Shown here piece after piece: positions 1-13,680 of a stretch of 64,000 nt of DNA. Positions within the stretch are counted from its first letter, which is position 1, and each line of letters opens with the position of its first letter. The DNA is from Eledone cirrhosa (lineage: Eukaryota). The notes beneath the pieces were generated by a model, which worked only from the letters and a program-made list of their open reading frames with translations, did no database searches and was not told the DNA's origin. Both the position numbers and the translations under genes were made by a program. The stretch lies in the NCBI GenBank assembly GCA_964016885.1, contig OZ024752.1:42470001-42534000 (forward strand), written 5' to 3'.

Positions 1-114
1 CCCCCCACTCAATTTTTTTCCCAATATCACACATCAATCTAAAACTACTTTTCATATGTTGATTTAAAACTGCACTATTCACAAGTGTTTTTTAACCTTC
101 ATATCATGTTTCCC

Positions 115-185
115 TATTTTATCTGACGAAAACGCAAATGTCATCGCATGATGATATTTGTTTTTGAAATGCGCATAATAAAATA
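115..185 (+). ncRNA. Minimal type I hammerhead ribozyme (Penelope-like)
   Basis: Stem I tattttat/ataaaata, CTGACGA, long stem II, GAAA, palindromic stem III tgcgca, AUA cleavage triplet. Confidence 0.75.
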
Positions 186-233
186 CATGGAACTCTTTTA
201 ACCATCTTTTGATCTTATATATTATATATTATA

Positions 234-310
<77 letters not shown>

Positions 311-682
311 TATATCTTTCCACGTGACAGAATCACAGACATTTATATATAGATATGGGAAATATTTAGCTTTAACCTTTATATTAAAACTAAAAAAAAA
401 AAAAGGATTAAGGTGAAAAGGTTCAAAATATTAGCGTCGATGTAGGATGTCATATGCTTCCTTTGTGTTGGTCGGTGTGGGGTTAATGAATGGTGAATGT
501 CTTGGCGTTGATTTAGACGGGGTTGCCTGACCAATGAGGATCGATCGGACACGTGCTATTTCAATTGACATGTTGGGGGTTTAAATCACACAGCATGACA
601 ACTCATCATAAACTCTTCTAGAAAGGAAGGCATCAGTGAAAATGTCAACATCGGCTGACTTATAAAAACATGTGTTAAATAT

Positions 683-1454
683 AGTAGTGATGTTAGTGTT
701 GTTGGTGGTGGTGGTGGTGGTGGTGGTGGTGGTGGTGGTGTTGTTGGTGGTGTTGGTGGTGGTGGTGGTGGTGGTGGTGGTGTTGTTGTTGTTGGTGGTG
801 TTGTTGGTGGTGGTGGTGGTGTTGGTGTTGTTGTTGTTGTTGATGGTGGTGGTGGTGATGGTGGTGGTGGTGTTGTTGTTGGTGGTGGTGGTGTTGGTGG
901 TGGTGGTGGTGGTGGTGTTGGTGTTGGTGGTGGTGGTGGTGGTGGTGGTGGTGGTGGTATGGTGGTGGTGTTGGTGGTGGTGGTGGTGTTGTTGGTGGTG
1001 GTGGTGGTGTTGGTGTTGGTGGTGGTGGTGGTGGTGTTGTTGTTGTTGGTGGTGATGGTGGTGATGGTGGTGGTGGTGGTGGTGTTGTTGTTGGTGGTGG
1101 TGGTGGTGGTGATGGTGGTGGTGGTGGTGGTGGTGGTGGTGGTGGTGGTGGTGATATTAGTGTTGTTGGTGGTGGTGGTGTTGGTGATGGTGGTGGTGGT
1201 AGTGGTGGTGGTGATGGTGGTGGTGGTGTTGTTGTTGGTGGTGGTGGTGGCGTTGGTGATGGTGGTGGTGGTGTTGGTGGTGGTGTTGTTGGTGGTCGTG
1301 GTGGTCGTGTTGTTGTTGTTGGTGGTGGTGGTGGTGGTGATGTTAGTGTTGTTGGTGGTGGTGGTGTTGGTGGTGGCGGTGGTGGCGGTGGTGGGGGTGA
1401 GGGGAGGGGGAGGGGGGGGGGGGGGGGGGGGGGGGGTGCTGTTGCTGTTGTTGG

Positions 1455-1497
<43 letters not shown>

Positions 1498-1510
1498 GCT
1501 GCTGCTGTTG
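683..1510. repeat. (GGT)n/(GTT)n compound microsatellite with G-run
   Basis: Directly visible. Confidence 0.97.
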
Positions 1511-1955
1511 GTCTTAGTGTTGGTCTTCCGTCAGTTCTTACGATGAGTATTCTAGTTGTTCTTATAACGTAAAGCCCGCTAACCGAAATTAACGTGCAAG
1601 AAACAGCTGATCATTCCACAGACACGTGTCCCGCTCTTAATGTAATTCTCAAGCAGATTCAGCTGAGTAGAGGACCTCCGTCAGTTTCGACCGAGTGTTC
1701 CGGTTTGTCGAACAAAAGAACGGTTTTGCTGGTGAAATTAACGTGCAAGCGACTGAAAATTCCACAGACACGTGGACCACCAATGTAATTATCAAAGTAA
1801 CACACTGTGTCTTTGCACTTCCTCTTAATCTCTATTTCTTCTTCTCTAGAAGACAACGCCTGTATTTAATACCGGAGAAGGATGCACTCCACTAAGTTTC
1901 AATAGCCAACACACGCCGAGTATCGCTACAGCTCAATCATGTGTTAAAGGGATAA

Positions 1956-2103
<148 letters not shown>

Positions 2104-2230
2104 ATGTAGAATGTGAGTAATATTGTAGAACAATAAAACTATGCATATATCAGATAAGTAGCACTCAACAGTTGGTAGAACTGGAGTATATATGATAAAG
2201 AAGAAATTAAAAGATGGTTAAGAGTTCCAT

Positions 2231-2301
2231 ATATTTTATTATACGCATTTCGAATACAAAATCATCTTGGGACAAAAATTGTGTTCTCATCAGATAAAAT
2301 A
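2231..2301 (-). ncRNA. Minimal type I hammerhead ribozyme, inverted copy
   Basis: Reverse complement of 2371-2442 with intact CTGATGA and GAAA core. Confidence 0.72.
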
Positions 2302-2370
2302 AGGTAACATGATATGAGGCATAATAACACTTGTTTACAGGAAAGTGCTAAGTCTACATATCATTGTACC

Positions 2371-2442
2371 ATATTTTATCTGATGAGAACACAATTTTTG
2401 TCCCAAAATGATTTTGTATTCGAAATGCGTATAATAAAATAT
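2371..2442 (+). ncRNA. Minimal type I hammerhead ribozyme
   Basis: atattttat-CTGATGA-gaacacaa...ttgtattc-GAAA-t gcgt a-TA-ataaaatat; 9-bp stem I. Confidence 0.78.
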
Positions 2443-2569
2443 ATGGAACTCTTAACCATCTTTTAATTTCTTCTTTATCATATATACTCCAGTTCTACCA
2501 ACTGTTGAGTGCTACTTATCTGATATATGCATAGTTTTATTGTTCTACAATATTACTCACATTCTACAT

Positions 2570-3035
<466 letters not shown>

Positions 3036-3160
3036 CTCTATATATATATATATATATGTATATATATAGTGGTGGAAAACTGGAAGGTAATATCCATAGT
3101 GGTAGACCACTCAGTCCAAGGGACGAGTTAGGTAGAAGTGGTTACACAACAGTTAGTTCA

Positions 3161-3210
3161 CCATACCGAGAACAATTGTTTCACCTTAGCGGATCCTCAG
3201 CTCGTCATGG
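3161..3210 (-). ncRNA. Minimal type I hammerhead ribozyme (distinct family, 50 nt)
   Basis: Minus strand reads ccatgacgag-CTGAGGA-tccgctaaggt-GAAA-caattg-TT-ctcggtatgg; stem I 9/10 paired, palindromic stem III. Confidence 0.72.
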
Positions 3211-3355
3211 ACATGGTTATAGGAACAGGAAGCTTCTTGTTCCTATAACCATGTCCATTACGAATTGAGGATCCGCTAAGGTGAAACAATTGTTCTCGGT
3301 ATGGTGAACTAACTGTTGTGTAACCACTTCTATATATCTTCATATCATGTTCTCC

Positions 3356-3426
3356 TGTTTTATCTGATGAAAACACAAATATTATTGCATGATGATGTTT
3401 GTTTTTGAAATGCGCATAATAAAATA
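3356..3426 (+). ncRNA. Minimal type I hammerhead ribozyme, paralogue of 115-185
   Basis: tgttttat-CTGATGA-stem II-GAAA-tgcgca-TA-ataaaata; flanks also match ~99-225. Confidence 0.75.
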
Positions 3427-3597
3427 TATGGAACTCCTTTAACCATCTTTTGATCTTATATTATATTTATATACAGACTAGCTGACACTCACTGTAAAGT
3501 GTCTAGTGAAAAACTGAGTACATGTACATATGTATACATGTGTGTATTTATATGCATACTAATACTTCCGTATACATATGTAGATGTACACTTTAAC

Positions 3598-3634
<37 letters not shown>

Positions 3635-3721
3635 AAGGTATATATTGAGTTAGAAACTGAAAATAGCAATTACCCAATGCATTACTGGTACTTTATTTTA
3701 TCGACCCCGTAAGGATGAAAG

Positions 3722-4664
3722 GCAGGATTTGAACTCAGATCATAAAGGGACATAACTATGATGGAAAGCATGGTGTCCGACTCTCTACCGATACTGCCAT
3801 TACACCGCTATGGCTTCCTATAATACGAGGTAATTATTTTTGGGGAAAAAATCTGATATCATTATTGGTGGTGGATGGGCAGTATGGGTAGAGGGTCGGA
3901 CGCCATGCTTTGAAGCATAGAGTTACGGCCCTTGCCATTCTGAGTTCAAATCCCGTCGACGTTAACTTTGCCTTTCATCCTTACGGGGGTCGATAAAATA
4001 AAGTACCAGTAATGCACTGGGATAATTGCTGGCCTTGTGCCAAAAGTAGAAACAATTATTTGGCAGTATCAGTAGAGGGTCGGACGCCTTGCTTTGCAGC
4101 ATAGAGTTACGGCTCTTTACTTTCTGAGTATAGGGCGGTGGATTGGCAGTATCGGTAGAGGGTCGGGCACTATGCTCTGCCGCTCAGCATGGTATCTGGC
4201 GCTATTGTTACTGTTGTTGTTGTTGCTACTGCTGTTGCTGTTGTTGTAAAGGGCCGTAACTCTTTGCCTGCAAAGCAAAGCGTCTGACCCTCTACCGATA
4301 CTGCCAATCCAGTACCATCTTAATAATTGTTTTTACTTTTTGGCACAAGGCCAGCAGTTACCTCCCCAGTGTATCACTGGTACTTTATTTTATCGACCCC
4401 CGTAAGGATGAAAGGCAAAGTTAACATCGACGGGATTTGAACTCAGAATGGCAAGGGCCGTAACTCTATGCTTCAAAGCATGGCGTCCGACCCTCTACCC
4501 ATACTGCCCATCCACCACCAATAATGATATCAGATTTTTTCCCCCAAAACAATTACCTCGTATTATAGGAAGCCATAGCGGTGTAATGGCAGTATCGGTA
4601 GAGAGTCGGACACCATGCTTTCCATCATAGTTATGTCCCTTTATGATCTGAGTTCAAATCCTGC
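3722..4664. repeat. Inverted duplication of a SINE-spacer-SINE block within a SINE cluster
   Basis: Arms 3722-4060 and 4322-4664 share the non-SINE spacer attacaccgctatggcttcctataatacgagg. Confidence 0.85.
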
Positions 4665-4768
4665 AAAGTTAACCTCGGCGGGATATGAACTCAGACCATA
4701 AAGGGCCGTAACTCTTTGCTGCAAAGCATGGCGTCCGACCCTCTACCGATACTGCCTTAATAATGAAA

Positions 4769-4940
4769 TACCGTATTTCCCGGCGCCGAAGTCGTTTCGT
4801 CCTCGAGGACTTGCCCTAATTTTGACAACCAAGAATTTGAAAAAAAATAATAAACAAACTTCGGCTCCCCCGGACGCATGGTAGATTTTTGAGATTTATT
4901 TTAGTAAAAAAGTAGAGTCTTCAACACCGGGAAATATGGT
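4769..4940. mobile_element. Tc1/pogo-type MITE (shorter derivative at 6310-6382)
   Basis: TIR taccgtatttcccgg ... ccgggaaatatggt (ccgggaaatacggta in the short copy); TA ends. Confidence 0.7.
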
Positions 4941-5147
4941 GTATATAATTGAATTACTCTTGAACAACAGTACTCAATTAAATTGTAGATATCCAGCCTC
5001 TTTTTTTATTTTTTGTTCTTAATTTGTGTAGACCTGTGGCTTAGTGATTAGGGTGTTGAGCAGAAGATCGCGTAGAGAGCGATAGCAGAAATTCTTTGTT
5101 TAAACTTTAATCTGTACTAAATATATATATAGGTGTGTGTGTGTGTG

Positions 5148-5525
5148 TGTCAACCTCGGTCTTCCTTTTCCAGTGTGTCCATGCAGGGACTCCCACAGGA
5201 GCACTGAGCGTAATGTGAACTTTGGATGTCGGTGAGCATGTCCAGCTAACCTCAGTCTCTTCTGTGTTACTCTCGAGCTGACGTGTGGGATGCTCCCGTA
5301 CAGCTCCGAGTTCTTCATCCTCAGTGTACACTGATTAATGACCAGGGCCATCCTCAGCATTCTCGTGTAGCACCCATCCACCATCTGAGTGGGTTTCTTG
5401 GTCAGTGTCCAAGTCCCAGTCCCATACAGCAGCACAGACTCCACACGACATGGCAGCGATGATGAGGGACAGAGACCGCTGGAGAGAACTCGTCCATGGA
5501 TCTCGGGAATTTTACCTGCCCTAGA
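5148..5525. mobile_element. 5'-inverted RTE LINE fragment
   Basis: 5148-5444 (-) encodes ESVLLYG..TWTL...RLRLAGH...GRPRLT; 5446-5525 (+) is the 3' end. Collinear reference copy at 35790-36196. Confidence 0.85.
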
Positions 5526-5641
5526 TATATATGAGCTCAGCCGTCGGGGTCCTACTCGTTCCTATTATCCACTCTACTACCCTAAGTATTGAGTACGTTG
5601 GTGCGTTATGGTCCACCTGGTTCCTTACCACATTTCCTTCG

Positions 5642-5679
<38 letters not shown>

Positions 5680-5759
5680 GATACCAAATCAACTTTTTAA
5701 ATGGAAGTCGATGTTGAAAGGTATGTCAAATCTATCTATTTATAAGACTGTTTATATTG

Positions 5760-5825
5760 TATTTTGTCTGAAGAAGGCATACCATATTTTTAATATGATA
5801 TCCCTGAAATATATATAATGAAATA
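5760..5825 (+). ncRNA. Hammerhead ribozyme-like fold in a Penelope-like terminal repeat
   Basis: CTGAAGA-agg...cct-GAAA-tatata-TA; stem I pairs with G-U wobbles; downstream flank shared with 47390-47520 and 31385-31505. Confidence 0.6.
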
Positions 5826-5951
5826 AATATGGTTTTATAAATATAGTTTCCATTTATTTAATATCGTAAATATACTCCAAATACTTGTTGAGTGCTTTTA
5901 TATCAGTTATAAATATTTACTCGTTGTAACCCAACAATTTAAATAAAACTT

Positions 5952-5995
<44 letters not shown>

Positions 5996-6111
5996 GAAGA
6001 GAGGGATAAGGTATACTTGAACATAAGAAGAATGCATGAACGGGAGAAAGTTTTCCTTCATCAGTTGTCTGCTGGGGACCCTGGATATTTCTACGCATTA
6101 TATATATATGA

Positions 6112-6300
6112 GGGCGGTGGATTGGCAGTATCGGTAGAGGGTCGGACGCCATGCTTTCCAGCATAGTTACGTCCCTTTAGGATCTGAGTTCAAATCCCGC
6201 CGAGGTTGACTTTGCCTTTCATCCTTACGGGGTCGATAAAATAAAGTACCAGTAATGAACTGGGTAATTTGCTGGCCTTGTGCCTAAAGTAGAAACAATT
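6112..6300 (+). mobile_element. SINE family B, representative copy (others ~3690-4757, 8548-8695, 22900-23045 and its duplicates, 32492-32670, 37470-37643, 38900-39520, 42390-42566, 52930-53135)
   Basis: tggcagtatcgg A-box-like and gagttcaaatcc B-box; central gcctttcatccttacggggtcgataaaataaagtacc; tail ggccttgtgcctaaagtagaaacaattat; many dispersed copies. Confidence 0.85.
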
Positions 6301-6697
6301 ATATATATATACCGTATTTCCCGGCCCGAAGACGCTTCGTCTTCGACCAACCACCCTAATTTTGACGCCGGGAAATACGGTAATTAGTAATTTTAATAAA
6401 TCTTTCCAAATTCTTCATTAATTATTTGAAATACAATGTATGATGTGATTAGAAGTATGGTGGTCCAAAAGTTAAAATATGGATGGCATGCTTGGGAAAT
6501 TCTGCAGGTGAGAGGTACTTTAATAATTTTATGTGCCACAAGGGACGCTAGGTGAATGCGGCGGGGGTTATGAAGGGGGAAGTGTGACGGGAGGGGGTAC
6601 AGGGAGGTGTATAGGAAGAAAAGAAAACGAGGAACGAAGGTAGTGAGCAGGGAAGGAAGAAAGAAAGAAAACGAAACGAAGCCCCCCCCCCCTTCCT

Positions 6698-8547
6698 AAC
6701 AACAACAACAATAGTGACAACAACAACAACAATAGTGACAACAACAACAACAATAGTGACGACAACAACAACAACAATAGTGACAACAACAATAGTGACA
6801 ACAACAACAACAATAGTGACAACAACAACAACAATAGTGACAACAGCAGCAACAATAGTGACAACAACAACAACAATAGTGACAACAACAACAACCATAG
6901 TGACAACAACAACAACAACAATAGTGACAACAACAACAACAATAGTGACAACAACAACAACAACAATAGTGACAACAACAACAACAATAGTGACGACAAC
7001 AACAACAACAATAGTGACAACAACAACAACAATAGTGACAACAGCAGCAATAATTGTGACAACAACAACAACAATAGTGACAACAACAACAACAATAGTA
7101 ACAACAACAACAACAATAGTGACAATAACAACAACAATAGTGACAACAACAACAACAATAGTGACAACAACAACAACAATAGTGACAACAGCAGCAACAA
7201 TAGTGACAACAACAACAACAATAGTGACAACAGCAGCAACAATAGTGACAACAACAACAACAATAGTGACAACAACAACAACAACAATAGTGACAACAGC
7301 AGCAACAATAGTGACAACAACAACAACAATAGTGACAACAACAACAACAATAGTGACAACAACAACAACAATAGTGACAACAACAACAACAACAATAGTG
7401 ACAACAGCAGCAACAATAGTGACAACAACAACAACAATAGTGACAACAACAACAACAACAATAGTGACAACAGCAGCAACAATAGTGACAACAACAACAA
7501 TAGTGACAACAACAACAACAATAGTGACAACAACAACAACAATAGTGACAACAACAACAACAATAGTGACAACAGCAGCAACAATAGTGACAACAACAAC
7601 GACAATAGTGACAACAACAACAACAATAGTGACAACAACAACAACAACAATAGTGACAACAACAATAGTGACAACAACAACAATAGTGACAACAACAACA
7701 ACAATAGTGACAACAACAACAACAATAGTGACAACAACAACAACAATAGTGACAACAACAACAATAGTGACAACAGCAGCAACAATAGTGACAACAACAG
7801 CAACAATAGTGACAACAGCAGCAACAATAGTGACAACAACAACAACAATAGTGACAACAACAATAGTGACAACAACAACAACAACAATAGTGACAACAAC
7901 AACAACAATAGTGACAACAACAACAATAGTGACAACAACAACAATAATAGTGACAACAACAACAACAACAATAGTGACAACAACAACAATAGTGACAACA
8001 ACAACAACAATAGTGACAACAACAACAACAATAGTGACAACAACAATAACAATAGTGACAACAGCAGCAACAATAGTGACAACAACAACAACAACAATAG
8101 TGACAACAACAACAACAATAGTGACAACAACAACAACGACAATAGTGACAACAACAACAACAATAGTGACAACAACAACAACAACAATAGTGACAACAAC
8201 AACAACAACAATAGTGACAACAACAACAACAATAGTGACAACAACAACAATAGTGACAACAACAACAACAATAGTGACAACAACAACAATAGTGACAACA
8301 ACAACAATAGTGACAACAACAACAACAATAGTGCCAACAGCAACAACAATAGTGACAACAACAACAACAATAGTGACAACAACAACAACAATAGTGACAA
8401 CAACAACAACAATAGTGACAACAACAACAATAGTGACAACAGCAACAACAATAGTGACAACAACAACAACAATAGTGACAACAACAACAACAATAGTGAC
8501 AACAACAACAACAATAGTGACAACAGCAGCAACAACAGCAACAATAG
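6698..8547. repeat. Minisatellite (ACA)n-ATAGTG, mostly 15-21 nt units
   Basis: Directly visible; unit lengths are multiples of 3. Confidence 0.97.
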
Positions 8548-8786
8548 AATCGGACACCATGCTTTGCGGAGAGTTACGGCTCTTGCCATTCTGAGTTCAA
8601 ATCCCACCGACGTTAACTTTGGGGGTCGATAAAATAAAGTACCAGTAATACACTGCGTATTTGCTGGCCTTGTGCCGAAAGTAGAAACAATTATTATTTA
8701 GAAATAATTATTATTATTATCTGAGTTCTAATCCCTCTCATCCTTACTGATGATGATGATGGGAGGGGGGGGGTCACAATGATCAC

Positions 8787-9802
8787 GGTGGTGGTGGTGG
8801 TGATGGTGGTGGTGATGGTGATGGTGGTGGTGGTGATGGTGGTGGTGGTGATGGTGGGGTGGTGGTGGTAGTAGTGGTGATGATGGTGATGGTGGTGGTG
8901 GTGATGGTGGTGATGGTGGTGGTGATGATGGTGGTGATGGTGGTGGTGGTGGTGGTGATGGTGGTGGTGGTGGTGGTGGTGGTAGTGATGATGATGATGG
9001 TGGTGGTGGTGCTGATGGTGATGGTGATGTTGGTGGTGGTGGTGGTGGTGGTGGTGGTGGTGGTGGTAGTGGTGGTGGTGGTGATGGTGGTGGTGGTGCT
9101 AGTAGTGGTGGTGGTAGTAGTAGCAGCAGTAGTAGCAGCAGTAGTAGCAGCAGTAGTAGCAGCAGTAGTAGCAGCAGTAGTAGCAGCAGTAGTAGCAGCA
9201 GTAGTAGCAGTAGTAGTAGCAGCAGTAGCTGTTGTGGTGACAATTATGGTGATACAGATAAGATGCTTTGTAAATTTCTCTTTTCCCGCCAGTCTTTTCT
9301 GTTTCTTCCCTCATTCTCTCTCTTCCTCATTCGTCTTCACTCTCTCTCTCTCTCTCTCTCGTCCCCTCTCTCCCTTTCTCTTCTCTTATTCTCTCTCACC
9401 ATCCTGCTCTTTCTCTCCTCCCCCATCTCATTCTCTCCCCGCCCCTCACCCTCACTCACCTCCTCTTTCTTTTTCAGTGACCTTCAGTCACTCTCTCTCT
9501 CTCTCTCTCGTCCCTACTCCCACTCCTTCTCTTCCTCTCTCACCATCCCATCTCTTTCTCTCCTCATTCTCCCTCCAACCATCCACCCTCTCCCGCTCCA
9601 CTCTCCTCCTCTTTCTTCTTCAGTGTCCTTCACTCACACACTCTCTCTCTCTCTCTCTCTCTCTCCTGGACCCCTCTCCCACTTTCTCTCCCCCATCCCG
9701 CTCTCTCTCTCTCTCTCTCTGTCCCCCTCTCACCACCCTCTCCCCCCCCATCTTCCCTCTCACTCCCCTTTTTCTCTTTTCTTCCTTCAATCTCCCACAC
9801 GT

Positions 9803-9850
<48 letters not shown>
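8787..9850. repeat. (GGT)n, (AGCAGCAGTAGT)n, CT-rich and (CA)n simple repeats
   Basis: Directly visible. Confidence 0.95.
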
Positions 9851-10099
9851 ACAGGTACACATGCATAAACCTACAGACACACAGTCACACACATGGAAAG
9901 GTAAACACACATGAACCTACACACACACACATAGACCTACCTACAGACACACACATAGGCAGATACGCATACACTTACAGATACCCGCACAGACACGTGT
10001 AGCTTGTTAGAAACTGATCTAAGAAAGTGGACACTCGTTTTAAGTTGATGCGTCACCAACTGAACAATCGGGGTTGAATTATTTGTTGAGCATATACAA

Positions 10100-10179
10100 C
10101 ATATACACACACATGTATGTATATGTATGTATATATATATAGATACATGTATATATATATATATATATATAGATACATG

Positions 10180-10221
<42 letters not shown>

Positions 10222-10243
10222 TACGTATATATATATATACATG

Positions 10244-10291
<48 letters not shown>

Positions 10292-10477
10292 CATCTACAT
10301 CTATATATATATATACATATACATATACATCTATATATATATATATATATATATACATATACATCTATATATATATATATATATATATACATATATATAT
10401 CTATATATATATACATCTATATATATATATATACATATACATCTATATATATATATATATATATACATATACATCTA

Positions 10478-10513
<36 letters not shown>

Positions 10514-10591
10514 CATATACATCTATATATATATACATATACATCTATATATATATATACATATATCTATATATATATATATATATATACA

Positions 10592-10637
<46 letters not shown>

Positions 10638-10822
10638 CATCTATATATATATATATATATACATATACATCTATATATATATATATATATATATACATCT
10701 ATATATATATGTTGAAAAAAATGAAAACGAAATTTCATTTCTCACTCTTAGTATGGCACTTACTTAAATGTAAGTATGTATGTATACGTACATACATATA
10801 TGTATACAGACGTACAGTAGCA

Positions 10823-10861
<39 letters not shown>

Positions 10862-11286
10862 GTACACATACATATATGCACGCATCAGTTTAGCGGACGC
10901 TTATTATAACGCCGCTTTGTTCGTTTGTAAACAAACTGAACAGCCTGAATTTATGCCATACGGTGTTAAGGCAACCACGTCACCTTTTTGTTCAACACTG
11001 ACACAGGAACGATGTACTAGTTTCAAGCTTGTTAGCTATCATCAGCACCGTATACCCATCTGCCAGATAGTTGAACGTTCGAAAGTATATACTTTCCTTA
11101 TGAAAATTAACGGCTGAACAGCCTAAATTGCATATTGAGTGAGTTACATCGGTCAGGCATACCGAAAACGATAAGTTGAAAAAAATGAAAACGAAATTTC
11201 ATTTCTCACTCTTAGTATGGCACTTACTTAAATGTAAGTATGTATGTATACGTACATACATATATGTATACAAACGTACAGTAGCA

Positions 11287-11362
<76 letters not shown>

Positions 11363-11396
11363 AACATATATATATATATATATATGTATACATATA

Positions 11397-11474
<78 letters not shown>

Positions 11475-11479
11475 TATAC

Positions 11480-11513
<34 letters not shown>

Positions 11514-11807
11514 ATACATATACATATACATATACATATATATATACATATACATATATATATACATATACATATACATATATATATACATATACATATA
11601 CATATATATATACATATATATATATATACATATACATATATATATACATATATATATATATACATATATATATACATATATATATATATACATATATATA
11701 TACATATATATATATATACATATATATATACATATATATATATATACATATACATATATATATACATATACATATATATATACATGTATATATATATATA
11801 CATATAC

Positions 11808-11852
<45 letters not shown>

Positions 11853-11853
11853 C

Positions 11854-11896
<43 letters not shown>

Positions 11897-11907
11897 CATA
11901 TATATAC

Positions 11908-11963
<56 letters not shown>

Positions 11964-11977
11964 ATATATACATATAC

Positions 11978-12032
<55 letters not shown>

Positions 12033-12039
12033 CATATAC

Positions 12040-12112
<73 letters not shown>

Positions 12113-12121
12113 CATATATAC

Positions 12122-12170
<49 letters not shown>

Positions 12171-12229
12171 CATATATATACATATATACATATATATACA
12201 CATATATATATATATACACATATATATAC

Positions 12230-12274
<45 letters not shown>

Positions 12275-12559
12275 CATATATATATATACACATATACATA
12301 TATATATACACATATATATATATACATACACATATATATATATACATATACATATATATATACATATATATATATACACATATATATATATACATATATA
12401 TATACATATATATATATATATACATATATATACATATACATATACATATATATATATATACATATACATATATATATATATATATACATATATATATACA
12501 TATACATATATATATATATATACATATATATATACATATACATATATATATATATACAC

Positions 12560-12591
<32 letters not shown>

Positions 12592-12609
12592 ATATACATA
12601 TATATATAC

Positions 12610-12656
<47 letters not shown>

Positions 12657-12869
12657 CATATATATACATATATATATATACATACACATATACATATACA
12701 TATATATATATACATATATATATATACATACACATATACATATACATATATACATACACATATACATATATATATACATATACATCTATATATATATATA
12801 TATACATCTATATATATATATATACATATATATATACGTATATATATACATATACATATATATATATAC

Positions 12870-12906
<37 letters not shown>

Positions 12907-13135
12907 TACATATACATATATACATATACATATACATATATATATATACATATATACATATACATATACATATACATATATATATATACATATATACATA
13001 TACATATATAAATATACATATACACATATACACATATATACAAGTATGTACACGTACATACATATATGTATACAGACGTACAGAAATATGTATATTTATA
13101 TATATACATACATGCACACATATATATATGTACAT
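10100..13135. repeat. (TA)n/(TACA) low-complexity tracts interrupted by a duplicated ~465-bp unit
   Basis: Directly visible; gttgaaaaaaatgaaaacgaaatttc occurs at 10711 and 11176. Confidence 0.95.
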
Positions 13136-13680
13136 ATGGATTCACCGAACATTTATTATAATGCTCGGTGTGTTTGTAAACAAACATCCCGTATTAAGCC
13201 GTAGTGTCCAGCAACCATCGTTGCTCGTTTGTTCAACACTGACAAAGGAACGCTGTACTAGTTTCAAGCTTATTAGCTATCGTCAGCAACGTATACCTTC
13301 CTGCCAGATTGTTGAACGTATATACTTACCTTATGCATATTAACGGCTGAGTAGCCCAATTTGCATATCGAGTGGGTTAATCGGCCGGGTGCACCGAAAA
13401 CGATAAACGGAAAAAAATGAAACAAAATTTCGTTTCCCAGTCTTAGTACGGCTGTTACTTAAATATTGACAATTTTCGACGGCTAATTCTGTCCAGAACT
13501 AGCCGTCGAAACGGCTTGAGCTCAGCCGTCAGGGTCCTATTCGTTCCTATTACCCACTCTACTACCCTAAGTATTGAGTATTTTGGTGCGTTATGGTCCA
13601 TCTGGTTCCGTACCACATTTCCTTCGTTATATATATATATATATCTATATACACATGTATATATATATATATATATATAT

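Noticed and set aside
525-670. CCAAT, E-box and TATA-like promoter motifs
   Set aside because: No gene follows, only microsatellite; short motifs are expected by chance in AT-rich DNA.
672-1546. Poly-Val ORFs (also 8728-9914)
   Set aside because: (GGT)n/(GTT)n and CT-rich simple repeats.
6548-8607. 600+ aa Thr/Val/Leu-rich ORFs (mucin-like)
   Set aside because: Triplet-based minisatellite open in several frames on both strands; no ATG-led signal peptide or splice context; runs into a SINE.
9937-13343. Long YI/YT-repeat ORFs (also 1933-2913, 47477-48555, 57904-58336)
   Set aside because: Translations of (TA)n/(TACA)n tracts.
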